Assembly: GCA_963704725.1 (NCBI GenBank)
Contig: OY969934.1
Coordinates: forward strand, 3,168,001 to 3,232,000
Source of the DNA: an uncultured Actinomycetes bacterium
GTDB taxonomy: Bacteria > Actinomycetota > UBA4738 > HRBIN12
Direction of reading: 5' to 3'
DNA: 64,000 nucleotides
A program made the position numbers and the translations under genes. Below are positions 50,946 to 60,034 of the stretch, one piece after another. Positions within the stretch are counted from its first letter, which is position 1. Each line of letters opens with the position of its first letter. The notes beneath the pieces were generated by a model. That model saw only the letters and a list, made by a program, of their open reading frames with translations, made no database searches and was not told the origin of the DNA.

Positions 50946-51959
50946 TCATCGGTGCGGATCCACGAGCGTCTTGGGAGCGCCCAGGGCGGACGGGGACCGC
51001 GCGCCGGCGAGCGCCTCGGAGACCTCCTCCAGGCCCACGATCTCCGCCACGAGCGGCGCGGTCCGGATCCGGCCGGAGGCGACGAGCTCGATCGCGCGGT
51101 CGAGCCCCGCGGATGCCGCGAGGATCCCCACGACCGTCACGTCGCGGAGCACGGCGTGGCGGGTGTCGAGCAGGCTCGACTCCTCGGCGATGCCGACGAG
51201 CACGACGCGGCCGGCGGGCTCCACGATCTCGACGGCGCGGGCCGGCACCTCCCGAGCCGTCGACATGTCGATCACCGCGTCGTATCCCGCGCCCGGCACG
51301 TCCTCGGGGGAGAAGGTCCGCCGCGCCCCGAGCTCTCGGGCCAGGCGGAGCTGCTCCGGTCGCACCCCCACCACGTCCACCTCCGCTCCCTCCGCCGCCG
51401 CGAACTGCAGGGCAAGCAGGCCCAACGTCCCCGAGCCCCACACGCAGACCCGCCGCCCCGGCGCCAGATGGGCGGCGTGGACCGCGCGCAGCGCCGAGCC
51501 GGCGGGCTCGATCAGCGCCCCGGCGTCCGGGTCCATGCCCTCGGGCAGCCGGCGAAGAGCCACCGCGGGGACGGCGACCCTCTCGGCGAGCGCGCCCGGC
51601 AGGCCGTCGCGGATGCCGAGCTCCAGCCGCTCGCCGCACACGTGGTGCCGCCCCGCCCGGCAGCGCTCGCAGCGCCCGCAGCCGATCATGGTGTCGCCCG
51701 TGACGAGGGCGCCCTCCCACCCCTCGTCGACGCTGGGGCCGAGCGCTCGCACGCGGCCGCACCACTCGTGACCGATCCGGACCGGGTACGTGGTCGACCC
51801 GTCGTGCAGGTACGGCATCGAGCCCGTGAAGAGCTCGACGTCGGTCCCGCACACGCCGGCCCGGATCACCTCGACCACGACCCGACCGGTGCTCGCGACC
51901 GGCTCGGGGACGTCGGCCACGGCGGCCGAGCGCGGCCCGTCGATCACGAAGGCGCGCAT
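50946..51959 (-). CDS. Zinc-dependent dehydrogenase (threonine/sorbitol dehydrogenase-like MDR)
   Basis: GVCGTD, GHEWCG, CGRCERC...C, EP, GSGTLG. Confidence 0.88.
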   Translation of the reverse strand: MRAFVIDGPRSAAVADVPEPVASTGRVVVEVIRAGVCGTDVELFTGSMPYLHDGSTTYPVRIGHEWCGRVRALGPSVDEGWEGALVTGDTMIGCGRCERCRAGRHHVCGERLELGIRDGLPGALAERVAVPAVALRRLPEGMDPDAGALIEPAGSALRAVHAAHLAPGRRVCVWGSGTLGLLALQFAAAEGAEVDVVGVRPEQLRLARELGARRTFSPEDVPGAGYDAVIDMSTAREVPARAVEIVEPAGRVVLVGIAEESSLLDTRHAVLRDVTVVGILAASAGLDRAIELVASGRIRTAPLVAEIVGLEEVSEALAGARSPSALGAPKTLVDPHR

Positions 51960-52002
51960 CGATCCGAGCCCGTGGGGTCCCGCTCCAGGCCACGCGCGAT
52001 CC

Positions 52003-53394
52003 TCACGGGATCGCGAAGGGCTCGTGGCCGGGAGCGACCGCCGGCCAGGGGTGCGCCCGCTCCCAGGCCGCGGCGAGCTCGAGGACGAGGTCGTCGCGGT
52101 ACCGCGGGCCGTTGATCTCGATCCCGAAGGGCAACCCGTTGGCGCATGTCCCCGCCGGGACCGAGAGCGAGGGATGCCCACTCAGGTTGAATTCGCCGGT
52201 GTGGTAGCCGTCGGCTCCCGCCACTCGCCCGGTCCCCGGGAGCGTCCCGTCGGCGAGCCAGCCCTCGTAGCCGTGCGTCGGACATACCAGCACGGCGTCG
52301 GCCCCGAGCAGCGCGTCGAGATCGGCCGTGTACGCGAACCGCCGGAGCCGTGCGGCCAGGTAGTCCTGGAGCGTGAAGCTCAGGGCATGTTCCATCTCAC
52401 CTCGGAACGCCGCGCTGAACTCGTCGAGATGCGCGATCACCCACTCCCGCCCCAGGACGTGGAGCTCCTCGACCGTGACCGTGACGTACCAGTCGTCGCG
52501 CGAGTCGTCGCCGACGGGGCCGGCGCTCGGGAAGAGCGTCGAGGGCGCGATCTCCTCGACCGGCAGGCCGAGGTCGCGTTCGATCGCATCCAGCGCCGCG
52601 CGGAACGGCGCGTCGACCTCGGGGGGCAACGGGCCGACGTCGCGGGTCCGCCCGACGGCGAGCACGCGAGACGGCATGCCGCCTCGAGGAGCCCACTCCG
52701 GGGCGGCCGAGGGATCGCCCTCGACCGGCCCGCGCATGACCTCGAGCAGGAGCCGAGCGTCGGCGACCGACGTGGCGAGGGGGCCCTGGGTCGAGGTCTC
52801 GAGCCACGACGGGATGGGGCGGCGCCCGATCAGACCGGCCGTGGGCTTGAGCCCGACGAGCCCGCAGAACGTGGCCGGCGTGCGGATCGAGCCGCCGCCG
52901 TCCGTTCCCGTCGCGAGCGGCGTCATCCCCGCGGCCAGCGCGGCCCCCGATCCTCCCGAGGAGCCGCCCGGCGACCACTCGAGCCCCCACGGGTTCCGCG
53001 TCGGACCGAACACGTCGTTGTCGGTGTAGCCCTGGAAGGCGAACTCGGGGATGTTCGTCCGCCCCACGACGATCGCGCCTGCCGCGACCATGCGCTCGAC
53101 CGTGACCTCGCTCCGCGCCGCCGGCGAGCGGTCGAGCATCGGGCGCGAGCCGAAGTGCGTCACCATCCCCGCCACGTCCGTGTTGTCCTTGACCAGGAGC
53201 GGCAGCCCGGCGAGCGTTCCCCCGCGACTCCCGTCGTCGAACGCCCGAGCCTCGGTCAGCGCCTCCTCGGCGCGCACGAGCGTCACCGCGTTCAGCGAGG
53301 GGTCGAGCCGCTCGATGCGTTCGAGCGCCGTCGTCACGAGCTCGGCGGCCGAGACGCGGCGCTCGCGGACCGCCGCCGCGAGCTCGGCGAGCAT
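52003..53394 (-). CDS. Amidase signature family enzyme
   Basis: GLPLLVKD, RTNIPEF, TRNPW...PGGSSGGS, GTDGGGSIRTPA. Confidence 0.92.
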   Translation of the reverse strand: MLAELAAAVRERRVSAAELVTTALERIERLDPSLNAVTLVRAEEALTEARAFDDGSRGGTLAGLPLLVKDNTDVAGMVTHFGSRPMLDRSPAARSEVTVERMVAAGAIVVGRTNIPEFAFQGYTDNDVFGPTRNPWGLEWSPGGSSGGSGAALAAGMTPLATGTDGGGSIRTPATFCGLVGLKPTAGLIGRRPIPSWLETSTQGPLATSVADARLLLEVMRGPVEGDPSAAPEWAPRGGMPSRVLAVGRTRDVGPLPPEVDAPFRAALDAIERDLGLPVEEIAPSTLFPSAGPVGDDSRDDWYVTVTVEELHVLGREWVIAHLDEFSAAFRGEMEHALSFTLQDYLAARLRRFAYTADLDALLGADAVLVCPTHGYEGWLADGTLPGTGRVAGADGYHTGEFNLSGHPSLSVPAGTCANGLPFGIEINGPRYRDDLVLELAAAWERAHPWPAVAPGHEPFAIP

Positions 53395-53451
53395 CAGCGG
53401 CCGTGGCGCGTCGTCGCGCGCATCAGCGGCCGTCGCGCGTGGGCGCGCGCA

Positions 53452-55077
53452 TCATCGACCGAGGTTCTTGATCCGCGTGACGAACTCGCCGCGCTTGTGG
53501 TCGCGCAGGATCACGCTCGCGGCGTTGCGCCCCGGTACGCCCATCACGCCGCCGCCGGGGTGCGTCCCCGAGCCGCACAGGTACAGCCCGGCCACCGGCG
53601 AGCGGTAGTCGCCGTAGTTGGGGATGGGGCGGAAGCTGAACATCTGATCGGGCGCCAGCTCACCCTGCATGATGTTCCCTCCGAGCAGCCCGAAGCGCTC
53701 CTCGATGTCCCGGGGCGCGAGCACCTCGACCCGCTCGATCGAGTCCTCGAGCTTCGGCGCGTGCGCGCCGATCGCGGCCAGCGCCCGCTTCGCGAACTCC
53801 TCACGCCCGCCGTCGTCCCACGATCCCTCGCGCAGGTCGTACGGCCCGTACTGCGCGAAGCCCAGCATGAGATGCATGCCGTCCGGCGCGAGGCCCTCCG
53901 GCTCGTGGGCCGTCGGGAACACGACCTCGATGTAGGGGTGCTCGGACATCCGCCCGTACTTCGCGTCGTCCCACGCGCGCTCGAGGTACTCGATCGAGGG
54001 CGAGACCGCGACGAGGCCCTTGTGCACCTCGCCCGGCTGGTCCCACGACGGGAACTCCGGGAGGTCGGACAGCGCGACGTTCAGCTTCACGGAGCCCGAC
54101 CGCGTGCGATAGCGCTTCACGTCGCGAACGACGTCGCCGGGCAGCCGCTCCTCCCCCACGAGCGAGAGGTACGTGGTGACGGGGTGCGCGCCGGAGACGA
54201 CGCGCTGCGAGCGGACGAGCGAGCCGTCCACGAGCGCGACGCCGACGGCGCGGCCGCTCGCGTTGATGGCGAGCCGATCCACCTCCGCGTTCGTCCGGAC
54301 CTCCGCCCCCGCGGCCTCCGCCGCCCGCGCCATGGCCTGCGAGATGCCGCCCATCCCTCCCTTCACCCACGCCCACGCGCCCGGGTGGCCGTCGATCTCG
54401 CCGATCCAGTGGTGCATGAGGACGTAGGCGCTCCCCGGGGTCATCGGGCCGCACCACCCGCCGATGATGGCCTGCGTCGCGAGCGCCCCCTTGACCCGAT
54501 CGTCCTCGAACCACTCGTCCAGGAAGTCGGCCGCGCTCATCGTGAACAGGCGCACTACCTCGTGGACGTCGCGGCCGCTCCACTTGCGGAACCGGCCGGC
54601 GGTGGTGGCCCACTTCGGCAGGTCGCGCAGGTTCAGGTTGGGCGGCACGACGAACAGCAGGTCCTTCAACAGCCGGGCGACGTGGTCGAAGTAGCGGTCG
54701 AACGCGACGTACCGCTCGGCGTCGGTGGCGCTGAACCGGCCGATCGCCTCGGCGTCGCGCTTCACGTCTCCCCACAGCGTCAGGGAGGAGCCGTCGTCGA
54801 ACGGGACGAAGTAGTCGGGCGCGATGATCGAGACCTGGTACCCGAAGCGCTTCAGGTCGAGCTCGCGGACGACCTGTGGCGGCATCAGCGACACCACGTA
54901 GGAGGCGCTCGAGACGCGATAGCCGGGCCAGGGCTCCTCGGTCGCGGCCGCGCCCCCCAGGACGTCGCGTTTCTCCAGGACGAGCACGTCCAGCCCGGCC
55001 TTGGCAAGGTAGGCTGCGCACGCGAGGCCGTTGTGGCCTCCCCCGATGATGACGACGTCTCGCTCGAACGCGCCCAC
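53452..55077 (-). CDS. NAD(P)/FAD oxidoreductase, phytoene-desaturase-like (PYROXD2-type)
   Basis: IIGGGHNGL, LGGAA, AYVLMHH, GGMG, GGNIMQGE, LYLCGSGTHPGGGVMG. Confidence 0.85.
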   Translation of the reverse strand: MGAFERDVVIIGGGHNGLACAAYLAKAGLDVLVLEKRDVLGGAAATEEPWPGYRVSSASYVVSLMPPQVVRELDLKRFGYQVSIIAPDYFVPFDDGSSLTLWGDVKRDAEAIGRFSATDAERYVAFDRYFDHVARLLKDLLFVVPPNLNLRDLPKWATTAGRFRKWSGRDVHEVVRLFTMSAADFLDEWFEDDRVKGALATQAIIGGWCGPMTPGSAYVLMHHWIGEIDGHPGAWAWVKGGMGGISQAMARAAEAAGAEVRTNAEVDRLAINASGRAVGVALVDGSLVRSQRVVSGAHPVTTYLSLVGEERLPGDVVRDVKRYRTRSGSVKLNVALSDLPEFPSWDQPGEVHKGLVAVSPSIEYLERAWDDAKYGRMSEHPYIEVVFPTAHEPEGLAPDGMHLMLGFAQYGPYDLREGSWDDGGREEFAKRALAAIGAHAPKLEDSIERVEVLAPRDIEERFGLLGGNIMQGELAPDQMFSFRPIPNYGDYRSPVAGLYLCGSGTHPGGGVMGVPGRNAASVILRDHKRGEFVTRIKNLGR

Positions 55078-55137
55078 GGGAGACCGAGGTTACCGGGCGC
55101 GACAGCGTGCTCGCAAACCCGAGGGGGTCGGGGCCGC

Positions 55138-56352
55138 GTGAGGTTCAACCTCAGGCTCGACGCGCTCCATCGGCGAGCGCTCGTCAACGGCGGCATCGCG
55201 ACGGCGGTGACGTTCGTGGTCGGGTTGGGGATCGTCGTCGGGGTCTCCGCGCGTGACTCGGCCGTGCCCGAGCGGAGCCCCAGCCCCACCGTGACCACGC
55301 CGGCGCCCCCGCCGTGCACTCCGTCGTGGGAGATCGCGCAGACGGCGAACCCCGGCGCGGCGCCGAGTTGGTTGTCCGATCTGACGGTCATCAGCGGTTC
55401 GGAGGCCTGGGCGGTGGGTGGGTCCGGAGACCCCGAGGCTCCCGTCTCCGTCCTCATCGAGCGATGGGACGGGACGGCGTGGACGGCGGAGGAGGGTCCG
55501 AGGCCGGGGACCCAGATCAACGAGCTCCGGGCGGTCGACACGGTCGGATCCGTCGACGAGATCCAATACAACGACGTGTGGGCGGTGGGCCGCACGTCGA
55601 GCGGATTCGGCGATCGCCCTCTCGTCCTCCACTTCGACGGAACCGAGTGGCTCGACGTCGGTCTCCCGAGCGAGGTCACCGGCGTGCTGAACGGCGTCGT
55701 CGCGACCGCGTCGAACGACGTGTGGGTCGTCGGCTACACCGGCGACGCCGCGGCGTCGCTCGAGCACGCCCTCATCCTGCACTGGGATGGCCAGCTCTGG
55801 GCGACCGTCGATCCCGGCCGAGCCGTCGGCGTCGGCAGGAGCGCGCTCCTGGACGTGGAGGCGCTCGCGCCGAACGACGTGTGGGCCGTGGGATACCTGC
55901 ACACCAAACCCTTGATCGTGCACTACGACGGGAGCGAATGGACGCGGTCCGAGACGGACTCCACCGGGACGACCGCCGCGGTCTTGCCGGTCAGCTCCAC
56001 CGATGCCTGGACGGTGGGCTCGCCGATCGAACGCTTCGACGGGCAGGGGTGGGCGCGGGCGGCCGGCGTCCGGCTGGACGGCGAGCTCCTGTCCGTGGCC
56101 GCGGTGGATCAGAACGACGTGTGGGCCGTGGGGCTCCAGCCGCTTCCCCAGGGCGGGACCAGGTCGATCGTCCTTCGGTTCGACGGGCTCCGATGGGGGC
56201 CGGTGACCGGACCCGGCGTGCCGGGCTCGGACGCCCTCACCGGCGTCGACGCCCTGCCCGACGGAACGGTGCTCGGCGTGGGATACAAGGACGTCCAGGC
56301 CGGCCGGCGCACGATCGCCATCCTCGGCAAGACCTGCCAACCCCCGTCGTGA
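55138..56352 (+). CDS. Membrane-anchored beta-propeller-like repeat protein
   Basis: N-terminal TM and Pro/Thr linker, then repeated DVWAVG...HWDG..W units. Start approximate. Confidence 0.7.
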   Translation: MRFNLRLDALHRRALVNGGIATAVTFVVGLGIVVGVSARDSAVPERSPSPTVTTPAPPPCTPSWEIAQTANPGAAPSWLSDLTVISGSEAWAVGGSGDPEAPVSVLIERWDGTAWTAEEGPRPGTQINELRAVDTVGSVDEIQYNDVWAVGRTSSGFGDRPLVLHFDGTEWLDVGLPSEVTGVLNGVVATASNDVWVVGYTGDAAASLEHALILHWDGQLWATVDPGRAVGVGRSALLDVEALAPNDVWAVGYLHTKPLIVHYDGSEWTRSETDSTGTTAAVLPVSSTDAWTVGSPIERFDGQGWARAAGVRLDGELLSVAAVDQNDVWAVGLQPLPQGGTRSIVLRFDGLRWGPVTGPGVPGSDALTGVDALPDGTVLGVGYKDVQAGRRTIAILGKTCQPPS

Positions 56353-56433
56353 CCCACCGAGAGGCGGGCGAGGGATACTCGGCGTGACGACGAGGGCCGG
56401 CCCGGGACGGTCGGCGCGGCGGAGGGCGGCACG

Positions 56434-57396
56434 ATGGGCGAGATCACGGTCGGCGTCGACATCGGAGGGACGAAGATCCAGGCGGCCGCCGTGCGCGGCG
56501 GCGAGGTCGTCGGCGCGCATCGGCTGATGACGCCGCAGCAGGGCGCCAAGGAGCTCGTCTCGGCGATGGCCGTCGCGTTCGGCAAGGCGCTCGCCGAGGC
56601 GGGGTCCACTCGAAAGGACGTCGAGGCGATCGGCGTCGGCGTCCCCGGCGCGGTCGACGCGGCCGCCGGGACCGTCGCGGTCGGGAACAACGTGCCGGGC
56701 CTGGACCGGGCGAAGCCCGTGCCGCTCGCGGCGATGATGTCCGAGGCCACCGGCGGAACGCCGGTCCGGCTCGAGAACGACGCGCGGGTCGCGCTGCTCG
56801 GCGAGTGGAAGCGGGGGGCCGGGAGACCGTACCGGCACCTCCTCGGGGTCTGGGTCGGCACCGGCGTGGGTGGGGGGCTCGTCCTGAACGGCGTCCCGTT
56901 CGAGGGCCGGGGGGCGGCGGGTGAGATCGGCCACATGGTCGTGAGACCGGGCGGGCGCGTGTGCTCCGACGCGCGCCGGGGGCACCTGGAGGCCTACGCC
57001 GGCCGGGGCCGCATGGAGGCGCGCGCCCGCCGGCTGGTGGAGAAGGGACGCAAGACGGTCCTGTTCGAGCTCATGGAGAAGAAGGGCCGGGTCCGGCTCT
57101 CCTCGGGCGTGATCGCCGAGGCGCTCGAGCGCGAGGACAAGCTCGCCCACGAGCTGGTCGACGACGCGGTGTGGGCGCTCGGGGTGGCGCTCGCGTCGGT
57201 GCAGAACCTGCTCGCGCTCGAGGCCATCGTGGTGGGGGGTGGGCTGGGCGACCGGCTCGGCAAGCCCTTCGTCGACCGCATCGCCGCAGAGATGGCGCCG
57301 AAGCTCTTCGTCCCCGACGCGGCCCCCGAGATGCTGACGACGCAGTTCGGCGACCTCTCGGGCGCGGTGGGGGCCGCCGTGCTCGCCGGCAGCTGA
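56434..57396 (+). CDS. ROK family sugar kinase
   Basis: GVDIGGTKI, GVGVPG, ENDA...GE, GTGVGGG, AGEIGHM, LEAYA. Confidence 0.9.
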   Translation: MGEITVGVDIGGTKIQAAAVRGGEVVGAHRLMTPQQGAKELVSAMAVAFGKALAEAGSTRKDVEAIGVGVPGAVDAAAGTVAVGNNVPGLDRAKPVPLAAMMSEATGGTPVRLENDARVALLGEWKRGAGRPYRHLLGVWVGTGVGGGLVLNGVPFEGRGAAGEIGHMVVRPGGRVCSDARRGHLEAYAGRGRMEARARRLVEKGRKTVLFELMEKKGRVRLSSGVIAEALEREDKLAHELVDDAVWALGVALASVQNLLALEAIVVGGGLGDRLGKPFVDRIAAEMAPKLFVPDAAPEMLTTQFGDLSGAVGAAVLAGS

Positions 57397-57400
57397 GCCG

Positions 57401-58069
57401 CTACGTGGCGTCGAGGCAGCCCGAGACCTGCTCGGGCAGGCCGGGGATGGTCAGGCCCGCACCGCCCTCCACGAAGTCGTACGGGATCCCGGGCCACGTG
57501 CCGGGCAGCCCGGCGTAGGCCTTCGGCTCGGGGTCGCCGCTGTCGTACTGGAACCCGATCCAGTCCGGCGAGTGGAACCCCGACGTGTCGTACGGCGCCA
57601 CCGCCACGAGCCCGCGGCCGAACCGGCGCGCCTCGACGAGGAACCTGCCCTGGAACGCGAGGTCGTTCTTGGCGTAGAGCTTCACGTACCAGCGCTGCAC
57701 GTCGAGCAGGTAGCCCTTGTCCGAGGGCGGCGACTCGGGCCCGACGAAATAGCGCAGGTCCACCACCTCGAGCGGGCCGCGGACGTCCGTGGTCCGCCGG
57801 ATGATCCCGAGCGGCTGCAGGAACCTCGGCGAGTCGGCCGGCGGCGTCACCCAGCCGTTCACACAGTCGACCGCAGCGACGCCGCGGGTGGGCGGCGGTT
57901 CCTCCGGAGACGCCGGGGGCGTCGGGGAGACGGACGGGCTCTCGATCGGGGTGATCGACGGGGGCGGCGAGGACGCTCCCGAGGCCGCGTCGCCGCCGCC
58001 GTCGCCCGTGCAGGCGGCGAGGACGAGCGACAGCACGAGCGTTGCGATGGAGAAGTTGCGCGTTCGCAT
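57401..58069 (-). CDS. Hypothetical lipoprotein
   Basis: Signal with lipobox LAAC, Pro/Ser linker and an aromatic-rich globular domain. Start could be 58069 or 58078. Confidence 0.7.
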   Translation of the reverse strand: MRTRNFSIATLVLSLVLAACTGDGGGDAASGASSPPPSITPIESPSVSPTPPASPEEPPPTRGVAAVDCVNGWVTPPADSPRFLQPLGIIRRTTDVRGPLEVVDLRYFVGPESPPSDKGYLLDVQRWYVKLYAKNDLAFQGRFLVEARRFGRGLVAVAPYDTSGFHSPDWIGFQYDSGDPEPKAYAGLPGTWPGIPYDFVEGGAGLTIPGLPEQVSGCLDAT

Positions 58070-58174
58070 GGAGGTCACGGTCGGAGGCTTACGCAGGATA
58101 CCGTCATTGATAGGGTCCGGGACCGTGCATCTCCCGGACGGTCCGAGCGCTCGCCGGATACGAACGCCGTGACC

Positions 58175-59568
58175 ATGGACTCTCGCCTTTCCTCTCCCGG
58201 CGGACGTTCCTCCGACGCTCGGGCCTCGCGCTCGCCGGCGCCACCCTGTACGCCTGCACCGGCGGCGGGAGCAAGAACCCGGTCACACCGACGACCACGG
58301 CCTCGGTCGCGGCGGTCGAGACGCGGTGGCCGATCAAGCGCGTGGTGTACGTCATGCTCGAGAACCGGAGCTTCGACAACCTGTTCGGCCGCTACCCCGG
58401 GGCGAACGGCACGACGGTGGGCGTGAAGCTCGGGCAGGAGGTGGACCTGCTGCCGGCGCCGCACTGGCTGCCCGGCGACCTCCCGCACGACCGGTCGGCC
58501 CACCTGAACGACGTGAACGGCGGCACGTACGACGGGTTCGGGCAGGGGCAGTTCGGCGACCCGTGGGCGTACACGGCGTTCGAGGGCGACCGCGTCCCCG
58601 CGTACTGGCAGCTCGCGAAGGACTACGTGCTCTGCGACAACTTCTTCTCCTCGGTCGGCGGACCCTCGTACCCCAACCACTTCTACTTCGTGGCCGGCCA
58701 GTCGGGCGGCGCGCTCGACAACCCCGAGAACATCGAGGTGCGCGTCGACCAGGAGCGGAACCGGCAGTTCAAGAGCTGGGGATGCGACGCCGTGGGCGAC
58801 CACGTGTTCGTGCTCGTGAAGGACGAGCACGGCAACCTCGCCAAGCACTCCTCCTGCTTCGACTTCCGCACCGTGCCCGAGCAGCTCGAGGAGATCGGCG
58901 TCTCGTGGGCGTACTACGCCGCGAGCCCGTACCAGCCGGGGTACTTCTGGAACGCGCTGAACGGCGTCTCGGGCGTGTTCCACACCGACCTGTGGCGAGA
59001 CGAGACGATCCGCCCCGTCGACCGCATCGTGCGGGACATCCGCGCCGGTGCGCTGCCCTCGGTCACGTGGGTCACACCGCGCTTCGAGCTCTCGGACCAC
59101 CCGCCGGAGAGCACGTGCTTCGCGCAGAACTGGCTCGCCGACGTCGTCAACGCCGTGACCGAGAGCGACGGCTGGGAGCACACCGCGATGTTCATCACGT
59201 GGGACGAGTGGGGCGGCCTCTACGACCACGTGGTCCCGCCGGCCGTCGACGACCTGGGGTTGGGGTTCCGCGTGCCGGCGCTCGTCGTCTCGCCCTACGC
59301 CAAGCGGGGCTACGTCGACGACGCCGAGGGCGAGTTCTCCACCCCGCTGCGGTTCATCGAGGACAACTGGGGGCTGACGCACCTCACCTCGAGGATCGAG
59401 CGCGCGCACGACTTCGAGCACGTCTTCGACTTCGGGCGGAACCCGCGGACCGACGCCCGGCCCGTTCCGAAGACCCGGGACTGCTACGGCACACCGTGGG
59501 AGTTCCCCGGCGACGACTACCCGGGGTGGCCCTCCACGACGACGCCCGATCCGACGCAGTTCGTGTAG
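58175..59568 (+). CDS. Phospholipase C / acid phosphatase (phosphoesterase family) Tat lipoprotein with an apparent frameshift just after the start
   Basis: MLENRSFDNLFG, DNFFSS..GPSYPNH, SDHPP, TWDEWGGLYDHV, GFRVP. In-frame upstream SRRTFL...LYAC, but ATG 58175 is out of frame with it. Confidence 0.8.
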
Positions 59569-59571
59569 TCG

Positions 59572-59952
59572 TCAGCTGGCGTGCCGCTCGACGTGCAGAT
59601 CGAGCCGCGCGTGCATCGCGTCGAGCCGCGCGTCGACCCCGTCGAACCCGGACTCCATCCGGCTCTCGAGAGAATCGATGCGCCTGCCGAGGGACTCCCC
59701 CACCCCGTCGACCGTGGCATCGAGGTGGTCGATCCTGGCCCCGAGCGCGGCGCCCTGGGCGTCGATCCGCTCGATGAGCGCAGCGCCTTGCGCGTCGATC
59801 CGCTCGGTGAGCGCGGCACCCTGGGCGTCGATCCGGGCACCCTGGGCGTCGATCCGGGCACCCTGGGCGTCGATCCGGGCGCCGAGGTAGAACAGCGTGC
59901 CGAGCGAGACGGCGCCGAACAGGCCGATCGCGGTCCAGATCGCGGCGATCAT
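59572..59952 (-). CDS. Small membrane-anchored coiled-coil repeat protein
   Basis: N-terminal TM helix followed by RIDAQGA repeats. Confidence 0.65.
   Translation of the reverse strand: MIAAIWTAIGLFGAVSLGTLFYLGARIDAQGARIDAQGARIDAQGAALTERIDAQGAALIERIDAQGAALGARIDHLDATVDGVGESLGRRIDSLESRMESGFDGVDARLDAMHARLDLHVERHAS
59743..59880. repeat. Coding VNTR: three perfect 21-nt units plus 33-nt-period variants
   Basis: GGCACCCTGGGCGTCGATCCG x3 at 59815-59877, with related 33-nt units at 59743-59808. Confidence 0.85.
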
Positions 59953-60034
59953 CGGGCTATCACGCTAGCACGGGGGTCTGACGGCTCGGAAGACGGGCGC
60001 CGCGCCAACGCTGAAGCGCTTCGGTCTCTCTCGC

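Noticed and set aside
59743-59880. Possible CRISPR array
   Set aside because: Head-to-tail coding repeats without unique spacers.
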